DNA of 64,000 bases from Octopus vulgaris (lineage: Eukaryota): the NCBI GenBank assembly GCA_951406725.2, contig OX597828.1, forward strand, positions 6,324,001-6,388,000, written 5' to 3'. Both the position numbers and the translations under genes were made by a program. How positions within the stretch are numbered: position 1 is the first letter of the stretch; each line of letters starts with the position of its first letter. Below, in pieces: positions 1 to 16,130 of this stretch. The notes under the pieces were generated by a model, which was given only the letters and a program-made list of their open reading frames with translations, was not told the origin of the DNA and did no database searches.

Positions 1-427
1 GGGATAGTAGTGTCCATTGATGGGATGGCTCTTTTGAAGATAACCAATAAACACAATGCCTATTGCATCCCCCAAACACGGAGGTCATCAGATTCCACGC
101 AGATGAAACGCTCTTGACCTTGTTTGGAGCAACGTATTTCCACTGCATGGATTGTCTTTTTTTTATTTCTGCCTCATAGTGATGAAGCCAACGCTCATGA
201 TTGGTTAGAAAAATTCAAGGAAGCCTGTTGGATCTGCATCAGATAATGTCAGATTTTCCAATGATGTGACCAGTCTGGTGCATTTTTGATTATGTGTCAG
301 AAGACGTGAAACTCACTAAGCAGAAACCTTCGTCATGCAAAGTTTACATATGCAGAATATTCTCAACTTTGTCATGTGATATGCCAATAGCAATGGCTAT
401 CTTTATATATATAAAACTGAGAATGCG

Positions 428-462
<35 letters not shown>

Positions 463-1837
463 TTCCCTAAAACTTGAGAACTACACAAATTTTACTTGAG
501 AACTACATTCAAATTTTACACATGCCTTACTAAGGGTCCGGGGAGTGTTCGCAAAAAAAATTTGAACTTTTTGCCTAGGGCGAGCCCACAGCAATATCAT
601 ATCTTCTCCACTACGATTCCCTAAAACTTGAGAACTACACAACCAATTCCATTCAAATTTTACACATGCCTTACTTAGGGTCCATGTAGTTTCACGGGCA
701 AACAAATGTTCAACTTCTTTGCTTAGAGCGAGTCCATAGCAATATCATATATTCTCTACTATTTCAGTATTACGTGTTAAAAGTGAAACAAAAACGTTTC
801 TCTATTTTATGTCAGATACATTCATTTTAACAATAAAAATAATAATAACAATTGAATTATATGTAGTAAGTAATAATTAAATTAAAGAAAAGACTATTGT
901 CTATAAAGTATACAATGTAGAGAAAAAAGTGTCTTGGTGCGACTATGAAAGGTATCTAATCAGAGGCGGTAAATTCGCACCAATAGAAGCAAGGTTCGAG
1001 TCAACGGAGCGTGCAAGGGAGTACTCGACTCGAACTTGCAAAGTGGAAATATTTTATTTTTACCTTTATATCTGGGACGTAGGACGTCCCGGAAAAAAAT
1101 TTTTAAATGATCCCCCCGCCACAGAAGTAGAGGTAGGCTGGATTGTAGCCACACTTCTATACAAGAGGGAGGACAAGATACAATTGATCGAAATTACAAG
1201 AGAGGGGCTAACAATTCCAGTCTGTTATATATTTTGAGTATTGTTATCACTTGCGATATCAAGATATAATTTTGTATTTTGCATTTTATGTGTAGATGTA
1301 TATGTAGAGATGTACATGTAGTATGTACACATATATATACACATATATACATGCACTAGCACTATGACCCGGCAACGACGGGTCTTTAATGCTAGTATGA
1401 TATATAGTTAATTGCCTATCATCCATTTCTATGTGGTGAATACGATCAATGCTTTCCTCGGTGGTGGCTGATGCAGAACACCCACACCGCATGTCATATT
1501 CAAGACTTTCCCTTCCCTTCCTAAATTTAGTTTCCCATTTTTGCGCTGTTGACGAAGCAGGAGTGCCATCCCCTAATGCAGCAACCATGCCAACATGAAT
1601 ATCCTTGAGGGTTAAAACCTTTTCTGCAGGTACGTGGTAACACGATGACGCTGAATTTTGTTATTTTCAAGAGAAGTAGCGACTGGTTACATTCGAAGTC
1701 TTATTTAAGCAGAGAAATGTCACCTTACCTGGAAAGAAAGAATACAGTTATTAATGAGAAGTGTTGACGTTAATGCTTGCAAGATTTCAAATTAATCTTT
1801 CATAGTCGGCATATGAACTTTTCATCCCACCCTCGTA
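1..1837 (-). mobile_element. Decayed mariner (Tc1/mariner) transposon, 5' half, interrupted by a Helitron at 400-1395 and running off the window start
   Basis: Minus strand starts with a TIR-like TACGAGGGTGGGATGAAAAGTTCATA at 1837. ORF 1286-1588 gives MVAALGDGTPASSTAQKWETKFRKGRESLE..ATTEESIDRIHH (mariner HTH region). Bases 1-399 give IAIGISHDKVENILH, WLHHYEAE..QSMQWK and IGIVFIGYLQKSHPINGHYY (start of catalytic domain), with stops and frameshifts. Confidence 0.9.
400..1395 (+). mobile_element. Non-autonomous Helitron, apparently complete
   Basis: 5' TC at 400-401 followed by (TCTG)n; 3' hairpin GACCCG-GCAACGA-CGGGTC (1366-1384) then CTAG (1392-1395); inserted between A399 and T1396 with no TSD; internal ~155-bp tandem duplication (463-616 and 617-765). 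Confidence 0.88.
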
Positions 1838-2208
1838 TATCGTTGGTGATATTTCTTAAAAAGTGTGATCTTAAAGATGTGCCCCTCGTTTATTTGGTCA
1901 TTGTTGATTTATCGGAGAAATTACTATTGTTTTATATTTAATTTTGAAAACATGATACTTAGTAAAACAAAGTAATGCTTATAATTATAATGGCTCTATC
2001 CTGCTGATGTATAATTTTACAGGAAACTAGTTTCTGCATATGTTTTTGTTGAAATTAGATATATGATAAAGGTATATTCAGGTGAAAACATGCCTTTCAT
2101 TGCTACTTTAATAGCTTCACAGTTATTGATGATAAGCTTAACATATCTATCCCGCCAAGCTTTACCTATGATGATAAAATTAAACCATAATTTACTGAAA
2201 AAATTAAC

Positions 2209-3390
2209 TGTTGTAACGTAATTTGTTACGTACAATAGCTAAGATAACTAGACGTCAGTAACAACAATGCAACGAACTAACAAATCTGTTTACGAACCAG
2301 CAACCAAGATTCCTTGTGAACTAACCAGCCGACACCTTCCGACTTCACTGCGAACTTCACTCGACTATGAACTCACTCAGATCGTTAGTATTTATACTTT
2401 ACTGTCTCTCGAATGGGGACGTCGTAACTCGCATCACAACATCTCCCCTTTTGAGGTTTTGACTACTATGAGAAAGTAGAATTTCTTTTAATTGTTCTTC
2501 CAGCATCTCTCCCTCTTTTATTTCGTTAGCTTTTGTATCTTATTTGTTGCCCGACTTTCAAGGTTGTATTCTTCGTTGTACACAGCACGTTTTCTTTTCG
2601 TTGTACTAAGCACACTTGTTAACACTCTTGCGTATTATTATTTTTTTTGTTTTCATTTTTGGTATTACTTGCCGATATTCAATCTGTTTTCGTTTTCTGA
2701 AGCTAGTTCTATGGGACTCAATATCTCTTTATGCTGGCACTTCAAAAATATCATAGAATACTTCCATTGGTATTACCCTTCGTTCTTCTGTAAGTATCAT
2801 CTTTAACTGGTTAAGGTATCTCATATTTCGAACGTTGTCCTTTGATTAAATACATCATGTTACACAATCTTTTGATTATATAGCCACCCTCCCATTCTTC
2901 TTTACCATTTTTGTAATTTTTGAAAGGAACTTTATCGCCTACTTCGAAATGTTTTGTAATAATTCTTGTATTTCATTCGAATGTATTTTTTGTCTTTCTT
3001 TATATGTATATTTTCCTGGCAATAATTTATCCAACAGCGATTTTATTTTACACGTGAACATTAATTCTGCTTGTGACTTTCCTGAATTAGTATATGGATT
3101 TGCCGTTATTCTATATACTTTCAAAGATTTCGTTAGTTCCTCGTCATTATCTAGCCAGTTCCTGGCCTTTCTTAGAGCTCTTTTGAACGTGTCGAATTTT
3201 TTTTCCGCTTGCCCATTTGACTTCGGCTGGTAGTGTGAGGTAAAATGTGCCTCATGACTTGTATTTTGCAGAAATTTCTTAATTCATATCCCGTGAATTA
3301 TGTACCATTACCTGAAACTAACGTGTCTGGACCTCTGTATCGAGCAAATAACTCAAGGGTTAACTTTATTGTTGTTTTTGTTGCATACTT
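2209..3390 (-). mobile_element. Gypsy/Ty3 LTR retrotransposon 3' remnant: integrase, polypurine tract and 3' LTR
   Basis: Minus translation gives LFARY..PDTLVSGNGT*FTGYE..FCK, KSNGQAEKKFDTFKRALRK and YRITANPYTNSGKSQAELMFTCKIKSLLDKLLP (integrase core and C-terminus). PPT AAAAGGGGAGA (2442-2452) directly precedes an LTR of 2209-2441 bounded by TGTTGT...ACAACA. Confidence 0.85.
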
Positions 3391-3871
3391 CCGGCCACAT
3401 TCCACAATCATTAAACAGTATGCGCCGTTCACCTTACGCATGTACGGGAAACTATTAGTAGCGCGATAAGTACCTGTATTTTCTATATACTCTGTATGTT
3501 GACTTTAGCCCTGTTTTTTCTTGTGCATGTGCATATATAGACACCTGTATGGACCTTTTTTGTGCGCGTGTGTGTGCGAGCGTGTATGCGTGTGTGTATA
3601 TATTTTTGGCGAATGTGTGGGTGTATATGTGTGTATTTCAAGTGAGGGTGGATGAGCGTATAGGCGAATGTATAGGCGCATGTACGTGAGTGTGCGGGTG
3701 TGCATGTGAATGTACAGACATGCGCGCTTACGCGATTATTATGAACATTTTTACTCGCTTACATTTTCTTAGCGGTCATTCTAATAGTTCTTTTGTCTTA
3801 ATAACGGTCAGTCACAGAGTATTTTCCCTTTGTTCTAACGGTCATTTTCATAGCATCTTTTTCGATGGCTC

Positions 3872-3932
3872 GATAACTGAAGAGATGCCGGCGTGTGTTT
3901 CCGCCCCGGCATCCGAAACTCGGAGTTTTATC
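3872..3932 (+). ncRNA. Minimal type I hammerhead ribozyme motif at the 3' end of a non-coding, probably Penelope-derived element (~3395-3965)
   Basis: GATAA-CTGAAGA-GATGCCGG-(14 nt)-CCGGCATC-C-GAAA-CTC-G-GAG-T-T-TTATC. Stem I GATAA/TTATC, intact CUGANGA and GAAA core, 8-bp stem II with one extra C, near-palindromic stem III, predicted cleavage after GUU (3927). Followed by (TA)n. Confidence 0.75.
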
Positions 3933-3964
3933 ATGGCTGCCGAATAATTGTCACTTATTATATT

Positions 3965-4019
<55 letters not shown>

Positions 4020-4057
4020 AAAATAGAAAAGAAAAATGATAAGAGATACTTGGTTCA

Positions 4058-4402
4058 AATCGACCCCAGGACTTATTCTTTGTAAGCATAGTACTTATTT
4101 AAATGGTCCCTTAGGACAGACTGCTAGGTTACGGGGACAGAAACGCAATAACATCAGGTGTCAAGCGACGGTGAGGGGGACAAACACAGCCACACAAACA
4201 TGTGCATATATACATACTTACACACACACTATATATATACACGATGAGCTTCTTTCAGTTTCCGTCTACCAAGCCCACTCACAAGGCTTCGGTTGGCCCG
4301 GGGCTAAAGTAGAAGGCACTAGCCCAAGGTGCCACGTAGTGGGACTTAACCCAGAACCATGTGATTGGGAAGCAAGCTTCTTACCATAAGACTACGCTAC
4401 GC
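4058..4402 (-). mobile_element. tRNA-derived SINE with internal microsatellite (family A)
   Basis: Shares CTTCTTTCAGTTTCCGTCTACCAA, CCCAAGGTGCCACG.AGTGGGAC and GGACTTATTCTTTGTAAG with the full copy at 31703-32117. Confidence 0.85.
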
Positions 4403-4411
4403 ATCTATATG

Positions 4412-4541
<130 letters not shown>

Positions 4542-5450
4542 CAAAGCTATATGAATATATTAGCGTGTGTCTTTGAGAGAGATACAGAGAGAGAAAATGT
4601 GTTTCTACATATGGATGCATATGTACAACAGGAGGAATATTTGCTGATAATTGTGTTAATTTTTTTCCTCCTGCTGGAAATAAATTGCGTGCAGCATTAG
4701 ACCAACTTCTTAATACTGAGAAAATTTGAAAATGAACTGATGCTAGTATTCTTTTTATCTAAATGACAAAGCCCGGTTTGTTTTGGTTTTACTCCTGAAC
4801 AGAACAACGGGTAATGTACCATCTTTGTGAGCTGTGTGTGTATCAGTAATCGCAGTTCCTCGAAGGCTCTTTACAGCTTAAGGGAATAATTATTTGCCGT
4901 TTCGTATTTATAGATTACGTATTGATTGAAACGTTCAAAAATATTCTGAAACCTCTCACGCATCAAGAACTCCGAACATCCTTGCTGGTGGCAAAAGTAA
5001 ACGAGTTCGCAATATGTGTCTTTTAAGTAGGCATGTAACTATTGATTAAATGGTATATATTACGCAGATTACTCTTAGTTGTGCCAATGAAATTGTCCGC
5101 AACAAACTTGGTTAGGTGTAACTTTGAGCTATATATGTCCCCCTGAAAATTACACAATCGCACAAAATTCCTTCTCTGTGCCAACTACTTTCAAATCGTT
5201 CTCACATTTAATTGTCGCCTTCCTGGAAGTTAGTGTCGCTGGTAACGAAACAGTGATGTACTAATACGAGAGAGAAAATAAATACCAGAATTTAGAAGAG
5301 AAATATACTTCCTTTAGAAAAATATTTAGATTGCTCTGTAATACTCTCTACAGATCCTGTTTACAATGAAATACATATCTCAGAAATTTCTATTCAAACC
5401 CCTTACATGTTGCTGGTAAATCTTAGATAACTCCTTTACGGGTACTCATG

Positions 5451-5875
5451 TATGAGGTCTGATCAATAAGTATCCGGACTGTTGCCATAGTAACTAAGCT
5501 AAAACATGCAGAGTGAAGCTGCTAGATAGATTTGCCTTGAACTCTGCTTTGCATGCACACTACGTTTTAACGTTCTAGCTTACTTCTGCTGTTTACAGCA
5601 GTGCTTGGAAGGAAGGTGTGTAGCGTGTGATCGTCGCATTGATCATGACAGAGAACGTTGTCATGGCGATAGCTGCTCGGTGGCCTACACAAAGTTACAG
5701 AACGTGTAAGGAAAGTAGCAGAAAGTTTATGGAAAGTGCATCAGACGTTCCCATGATGGCCAAGAAAATGTCGATATTGACGAATATTCTGGGAGATCTG
5801 TAGCCAGCAGAACTGAGAAAAACATCGCAGATTTGTGTGCAGCTGCGAGGGGAAATCGTTGAATCACAGCAGAGT
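5451..5875 (+). mobile_element. Mariner 5' remnant (TIR and transposase N-terminus, internally deleted)
   Basis: TIR-like TATGAGGTCTGATCAATAAGTATCCGGAC; translation QKVYG..RRSHDGQENVDIDEYSGRSVASRTEKNIADL..RGNR*IT. Confidence 0.75.
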
Positions 5876-5898
5876 TTAAAGTTGACCCGTGGCAAGCG

Positions 5899-6323
5899 GC
5901 TAAATGTAATAGGGAGAGTAAATAAGAAATAAGTCATCTGTGGACCATTCGGGAACAACTTGCACATCCGGTAGTTACATTACGCTTTCAGCCTTATGTC
6001 CATTATTACGGGAGCGATAACATTTATATAGCAACCAGCCTGGATCAAAGTAGGACTGCACTTGGATTCTTGGGAGAAGAAAACAACTCTTTAATTCATG
6101 GACTAAAGAAACTGACGTTATTTTAAGACGATGAAATTCTATAAGAACTTTGAATTTAATGTATTAATGGTTTCACGAACGATATCGAAGAGAATAATAT
6201 CCTTCTCTTTACAATCTTAACACCCAAATATTCACCTATAGGAATGTACTCTAAAACATATCAGAAAGGGAATCATACATACATAAACACATATGAACAT
6301 ACATACATGCATACACACACGCA

Positions 6324-6393
<70 letters not shown>

Positions 6394-7640
6394 AGTACAT
6401 CATTATTTGATATAAATCTATTCAACAAGATTGTTCAGTGACATGTCACTATAGAGAATTATTTCTCACAGAACATTTTATTTTTCTATATACAAATTAC
6501 TTGGCCCATAAATTTATTCGTCTCTTCTCTATATATGTTAAAGTGTCTTCTAGGGAAAAGATAATTCAACAGCTATACTGATGACATCAAATGAGACAGA
6601 AAATGCCTCTTCGTTAATGGCATATATGTGAATTGGAGAATTCTTGATTCTTGAGATTATCTTATCATCTCTCTTGGAACGAGCCTGAATACCCGTTGCT
6701 ACCAAAATATTATTCTACCTTCTCTGAAAGTAAAGATAATTTCAAATTAACAAAAAAATAGTCATCTTTAACCGTGATGTATGTCCGAATGCCTGTTTAC
6801 TTTCTACCTACGACTTTACGTAAGGAAACAGGAATAGTGCTACAAATATGAGAAAACTGGAAAGATTTTGACGGCCGGCACATTGAGAATTTTTTAGTTC
6901 TGATTGGGCTTAGTTGAAGCTAAATTTACCTGTGCATTGCGCATCCACAATAATCGTAACGAAATGAACTTTTTCAAAATGTAAGTCGGGTCACCAAAAC
7001 CTGGCTGCCAATGGAACTTTGAAAAAATATATATCGTATCAAGTGCAAAGAATTATGCATATATAGGAAGTGTAATGCGTATTGGGCAAAACATTTATCA
7101 AAAAATCAAAGGATGTACTGAAAGGAATCGCTAAATTTAAGAAAATAGAACATGAAACTACTACTGTTAGCTAAGAAATATTATCAAAGCAGAACGATTA
7201 CGAGTGTTTATGAATTCAGTTTAAAGTAGACCAATTATATGTATGTTTACAAAAAATGATGCAATCATTATTTTTATCTAATCGACATGACAGAAATTGA
7301 TAGTGAGTTGATGTAGTTTGCACTTCACACATTAAACAGAATGATTATCGTTTCTTTAAGAGTTTTCAGACACATTAATATCAGCATTTCCACAACATTT
7401 CGACAAACTCAAATGAATTCATCATTGATATGTATTTTGCCAACTATTCACAGGTTTTAGCACTTTTAATGCAAGCAGTTTCGTCCTACTTTGATCCAGG
7501 CTGGTTGCTATATAAATGTTATCGCTCCCGTAATAATGGACATAAGGCTGAAAGCGTAATGTAACTACCGGATGTGCAAGTTGTTCCCGAATGGTCCACA
7601 GATGACTTATTTCTTATTTACTCTCCCTATTACATTTAGC
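5899..7640. repeat. Perfect 158-bp inverted repeat (5899-6056 and 7483-7640) with ~1.43-kb spacer
   Basis: Base-by-base reverse-complement comparison showed no mismatch across 158 bp; no TSD outside the arms. Confidence 0.9.
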
Positions 7641-7871
7641 ACACGGACAACTAATATCCACAACAAAGCGTGTTCTTATTTTGCGGTCACCAGCAGCAAT
7701 ATTAGGTAGGGTTTGTTGTAATTTGATAGTTGTTTTTATTCTCAGGCTTAATCAGTCTCTCTGTGTATAAATTTATTTGTTGGTACTTTGTTTCTTTTAC
7801 ACTATTCCTCTAGATTGTTCTTGAAGTCACGTCAAGGCTGATAGGAAATCAAATATCTAGAAGACAATCTA

Positions 7872-8014
7872 TTTCTTTACTACCCACAAGGGGCTAAACA
7901 CAGAGGAGACAAACAAGACAGACAAACGGATTAAGTCGATTATATCGACCCCAGTGCGCAACTGGTACTTAATTTATCGACCCCGAAAGGATGAAAGGCA
8001 AAGTCGACCTCGGC
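7872..8014 (-). mobile_element. SINE 3' fragment (family B)
   Basis: Reverse complement carries GCCGAGGTCGACTTTGCCTTTCATCCTTTCGGGGTCGATAAATTAAGTACCAGTT, shared with 8733-8884. Confidence 0.8.
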
Positions 8015-8220
8015 ATGTTTGACAGTAATGGGACTAATGTCTTCTTTTTCTCATGTCTTATATTTGTTATCAATTGTTTGTGTGTTTTCCTGTATTAAGG
8101 CACTTTGTGGTATTTTATTACTCATAGATTGCATTGAGGTAACCTTCAAGCAGATGTTGTTTCGATGTGTCTATATGGGTACCAAACGATTTTAATATAG
8201 ATTTTAAAAATAAATAAATA

Positions 8221-8470
8221 AATGCGCCCTTTTAAAGCCTAGCCAGGCTCATGGGCCCGGTTTCCCTGTTTCTATGTCGTATGTGTTCCCCAGCTGGATG
8301 GGATGCCAGTCCATCGCAGCGTTACTCATTTTTGCCAGCTGAGTGGACTGGAGCAACATGAAATGAACTGCTTTGCTCAAGAACACAACGCGTCACCCGG
8401 TCCAGGAATCGAAACCACAATCTTACGATCATGTTGCTGACACCCTAACCAGTAAGCCACGAACCTCCAC
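8221..8470 (-). mobile_element. tRNA-derived SINE (family C)
   Basis: Minus strand has A-box-like TGGCTTACTGG, B-box GGTTTCGATTCC and a GCGATGGACTGGCATCCCATCCAG block related to 18704-18972 and 43760-44052. Confidence 0.8.
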
Positions 8471-8732
8471 TAATATAGATTTAAGACTACTAAATCTGCG
8501 TTGTATAAGAATTCTAATCTATTTACTTTCCACATTTATGTTGAAAGCTCCTGCAATGCTGCGCAGTATCCAAATTCATTTATCCCGATATTTATTTTGT
8601 GGTAGATGTGAAGATTAACAAACCGAAGACATTGTGGGAGACCTGTGTGCTGTAGGCTAACAAGTGTTGATGACTGTATTACCATTATCCTTATGCGGCA
8701 ATCATCTCTTGAACCTGGTATGTCGTTTGTTT

Positions 8733-8884
8733 ATACGTTCTGAGTTCAAATTCCGTCGAGGTCGGCTTTGCCTTTCATCCTTTCGGGGTCGATAAATTAG
8801 GTATCAGTTGCGTACTGGGGGTCGATCTAATCGACTGGTCCTTTCCTCCAAAATTTCGGATCTTGTGCCTAGAGTAGAAAAGAA
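8733..8884 (+). mobile_element. SINE fragment (family B)
   Basis: B-box GTTCAAATTCC followed by GCCTTTCATCCTTTCGGGGTCGATAAATT; inverted relative to 7872-8014. Confidence 0.8.
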
Positions 8885-9382
8885 ACGAATATCTTGAGAA
8901 AATTACTAAAGAGACGCAATGATTTACATTGCATGCTTCAAATTGCCTGCAATGTAAAAGAGCCAGATGTTTCTGGTTTCATTTCTTTAAAAAAAACTGT
9001 ATATAGTGAGCAAGTAAAATAATAAGGTTAATGAGAGAACTCAGAGCAGTACAGATAAGCTATCATCCTGCAGGTTACATTTTGGAGTCGGATTTTATTT
9101 GCTTGTATGTATCTATGGATGTATGCATTAATGTGTACGCTATCTACAGATACGAACGACTTCCATATGCATACACATCCAAGGTAAAAGAAAAAGTGTC
9201 CTCTATTTGTTATCAACATATCTTTTGTTTCAGCAACAGAAACGTGCCGTTCAACTACTTTAAATAAAATACTATAGAACTATGAATTATACAGAGATCA
9301 CTATTACATAAGAGGATTTACCTAGAAGACTTTGTTCTCTTAATCTGACTTGTAAACACTTTCCTTTCATGTATTTTATACT

Positions 9383-13015
<3,633 letters not shown>

Positions 13016-13669
13016 TCGCTTCATCTTTTATCTATAATACATACACTGCTCAACATATAAAAAGTGGAGATGGAGATAAGGCAATCTAATATATGTGTTT
13101 TGATGACTGATATAGATTCAAGCTACGTTAGTAGTTACGAATATTAATATTAAATTAATTAAATAAATATCATTTTAACCCATGCGAAGCGATGTGTATC
13201 TAAAACTAATTCACATTAATCAATAGATGAAAGGTGGTTGTACATCTAGTTTTCTTTTAAATGAAGTTATAGGCTACAAACAATCCGTGGCATAGAAGTT
13301 TGCTCTTGTATTCAAGCCGAAAGTGGAGTTCCATATACATCAAAAATTTACTAGGGTTTCTCCCCACAGTGTGCAGCTATATAAAATGTGATATATTTTG
13401 AAACTAGGAAAAAAATGGGGTGGGTGCTTGAGCGCGTGTGTGTTTGAGATTGTTTGGGGGTGGAAGTGTGATTTTTGGGGTCTAATTGCGTGAGCGTGGT
13501 AACGGGCACGTGTTTGCAACTATATATGCATATGTGAAGCAACGACAGTTTTAGAAAAAATATAAAAATAAGTACATGATGGAAATCGAACCGGTGAGTG
13601 TGTTAATTAATAAGGAATTAAAACAGAATGGCTCTCCCCAGACACAATAATATATGTATATATATACAT

Positions 13670-14250
13670 GATGGCTGCCCCCCTCGTTATCGAGTATGGC
13701 CATTGCACGAAGCTTAACTGTTATTGGTGCTGTGATCGAATGTGACTTTTTAGCCCAGCTTAAGATCTACAATGTGTTGTACAGAATTGGCAGCTAAAAC
13801 CTTTACCGGTAATAGCCGGCTGTAGTTGTAACTGGGTTTCATGTACCTTTGCATGTCGTTTAAGTCCTCCTATCGAATTACACTCTCTTCCACATGCCTG
13901 GCAGATATGATTAGTATGGTGTGTAACACTACCACCAATAGCCAGGTTATCACTCATCTGTCTCACTTTATGACTACAAAGATGACTCTTGAGTCCAGCT
14001 TTACTGAGACAGAGGCTTGCACAGACTCTGCATCATAGGAAGACCCTCCCATCTGGAAGTGTAACAGCGATACCCTTCCACACACCCCTCTTTACTTTCT
14101 AATGCGCAAATCGAGATTTCTCAAAAGTACCTGTCTCCTCGTGCACAATCCTTCTCCACCTGCTACGATGTCCTCCCATGTGTCCGGAGAGATGCAAACA
14201 TCTCTTAAGGAAGCCTTCAGCAAGTCCTTATACCTCTTTTTGGGTTTATA
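13670..14250 (-). mobile_element. RTE-like LINE 3' end with three C2H2-like zinc-finger motifs
   Basis: [28 protein letters not shown] (RTE C-terminal motif), then CRVCASLCLSKAGLKSHLCSH, CQACGRECNSIGGLKRHAKVH and CQFCTTHCRS*AGLKSH. Confidence 0.75.
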
Positions 14251-14279
14251 CATACATACGTCTAATTTTGAGGGTGTAT

Positions 14280-14346
<67 letters not shown>

Positions 14347-14380
14347 TATATGTATATATATATATATATATATGTATGTA

Positions 14381-14428
<48 letters not shown>

Positions 14429-14510
14429 TATATAATAGAACGAAATGTTTACACCTGGTAGCTCACTGGTAAAGCACGGTCACTCCCACAGTGATCGTTA
14501 GGAATATAGC

Positions 14511-15073
14511 AAATGAAAGACAGAAGATGGAATATACGAGAATTTATTACTAATTACGACATGTGTTTCGACACATCTAGCATTGATACCCCTTGGCTGA
14601 GACACTCAGAATTTGGTTCAGGAGCATCTAGTGGTGCAGATGTAACTCGTCATGTGATAAATAAATAAAACTCATTAAAATGACTGTTCGGCAAAGTAAC
14701 TTTCCGTTTTGTAGAGAGAAAAGCAACCAGACGGAGGAAATATCTTCATTTACATTGAAGATCAAAAATAAAATCACAGATGGCAAAAAGGGAAACGAAC
14801 ACGCAATCTTTTTGCTATCTCTGATTTTATTTTTTATTTTCTCTATAAATGAAGATATTTCCTCCACCTGGCTGTTTTCTCACTACAAAACAGAAAGTTA
14901 CATTGCGGAACAGTCATTTTAACGAGTTGTATTTATTCATCATCTGATGAGATGCATCTGCATCACCGGATACTCCTGAACCAGTTCCCAAGAGGAATCA
15001 ATGCTAGGTGAGTCAAAACAATTGTCGTGGTTAATAATAAACTCTTGTATATTCCATCTTCTGTCTTTCATTT
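14511..15073. mobile_element. Fold-back element (~280-bp diverged arms, 17-nt loop) with a decayed hammerhead motif in each arm
   Basis: Arms 14511-14790 and 14808-15073 are reverse complements. Plus arm: CTGATGA (14944)...GTC-AAAAC-AATT-GTC-GTGG, then AATAAA. Minus arm (14554-14657): ATGACGA...GTC-GAAAC-ACAT-GTC-GTAA, then AATAAA. Confidence 0.8.
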
Positions 15074-15075
15074 AA

Positions 15076-15124
<49 letters not shown>

Positions 15125-15130
15125 ATATAG

Positions 15131-15176
<46 letters not shown>

Positions 15177-15177
<1 letters not shown>

Positions 15178-15400
15178 CTCTTTACTCTTTACTCTTTTAC
15201 TCCTTTACTTGTTTCAGTCAGTTGACTGCGGCCATGCTGGAGCACCGCTTTTAGTCGAGCAATCCGACCCTGGGACTTATTATTTGTAAGCCCAGCACTT
15301 ATTCTATCGGTCTTTTTTGCCGAACCGCTAAGTGACTGGGACATAAACACACCAGCATCGGTTGTCAAGCAATGCTAGGGGGACAAACAGAGACACACAA
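15177..15400 (-). mobile_element. SINE family A, 3' half
   Basis: (CTCTTTTA)n tail, GACTGCGGCCATGCTGGAGCACCGC and GCCGAACCGCTAAGTGAC, matching 31703-31910. Confidence 0.88.
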
Positions 15401-15404
15401 ACAT

Positions 15405-15538
<134 letters not shown>

Positions 15539-16032
15539 GCCCATCCTGTCGCTGTTTGTTCTTTCGAACGTCTAACTCCACAGAAATATTTATTTTTTAA
15601 AAATTTCTGAATGCTACTGTTTACTAACGTTTTCCTATATTGTCGTCGAAAGCTCCAAATAAGGAGTAATACTCGATGGGTTAGACTTCTTGTTGTATTT
15701 TGTCCGGTACATCTCTCTCATTATGCGTTCATATACGTTTCATTCGTTGGTGAAGACTTGTTCTTATTGTATATGTTTTAGTAATTTGCTCTGTATTTAT
15801 CGCTCGGTTGTCTACGTATTTTTCACTCGTTGCTCATGTCCTGTACTTGATGGATTATATATATATATATATATATAATTAAAATTAAAAAAACACCTTT
15901 TATCAATTCAAATTGAACAATTAAATTACACCATCTAGAAAATTATATATAATAGAAAAGTTAGAATTAAAATGTAAAGATTAAGTAAATTGCAAAAATA
16001 ATAATAAAAACGTATATAATAGGTAGAAAAAT

Positions 16033-16073
<41 letters not shown>

Positions 16074-16085
16074 GATTATTACATA

Positions 16086-16129
<44 letters not shown>

Positions 16130-16130
<1 letters not shown>

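Noticed and set aside
7470-7520. GGAC-GAAAC on the minus strand at the inverted-repeat edge, suggesting a hammerhead
   Set aside because: No CUGANGA at a compatible upstream position.
15603-15660. GTC-GAAA-GC-TC-CAAAT minimal hammerhead 3' half
   Set aside because: The upstream core reads CTGAATG and stem II is unsupported.
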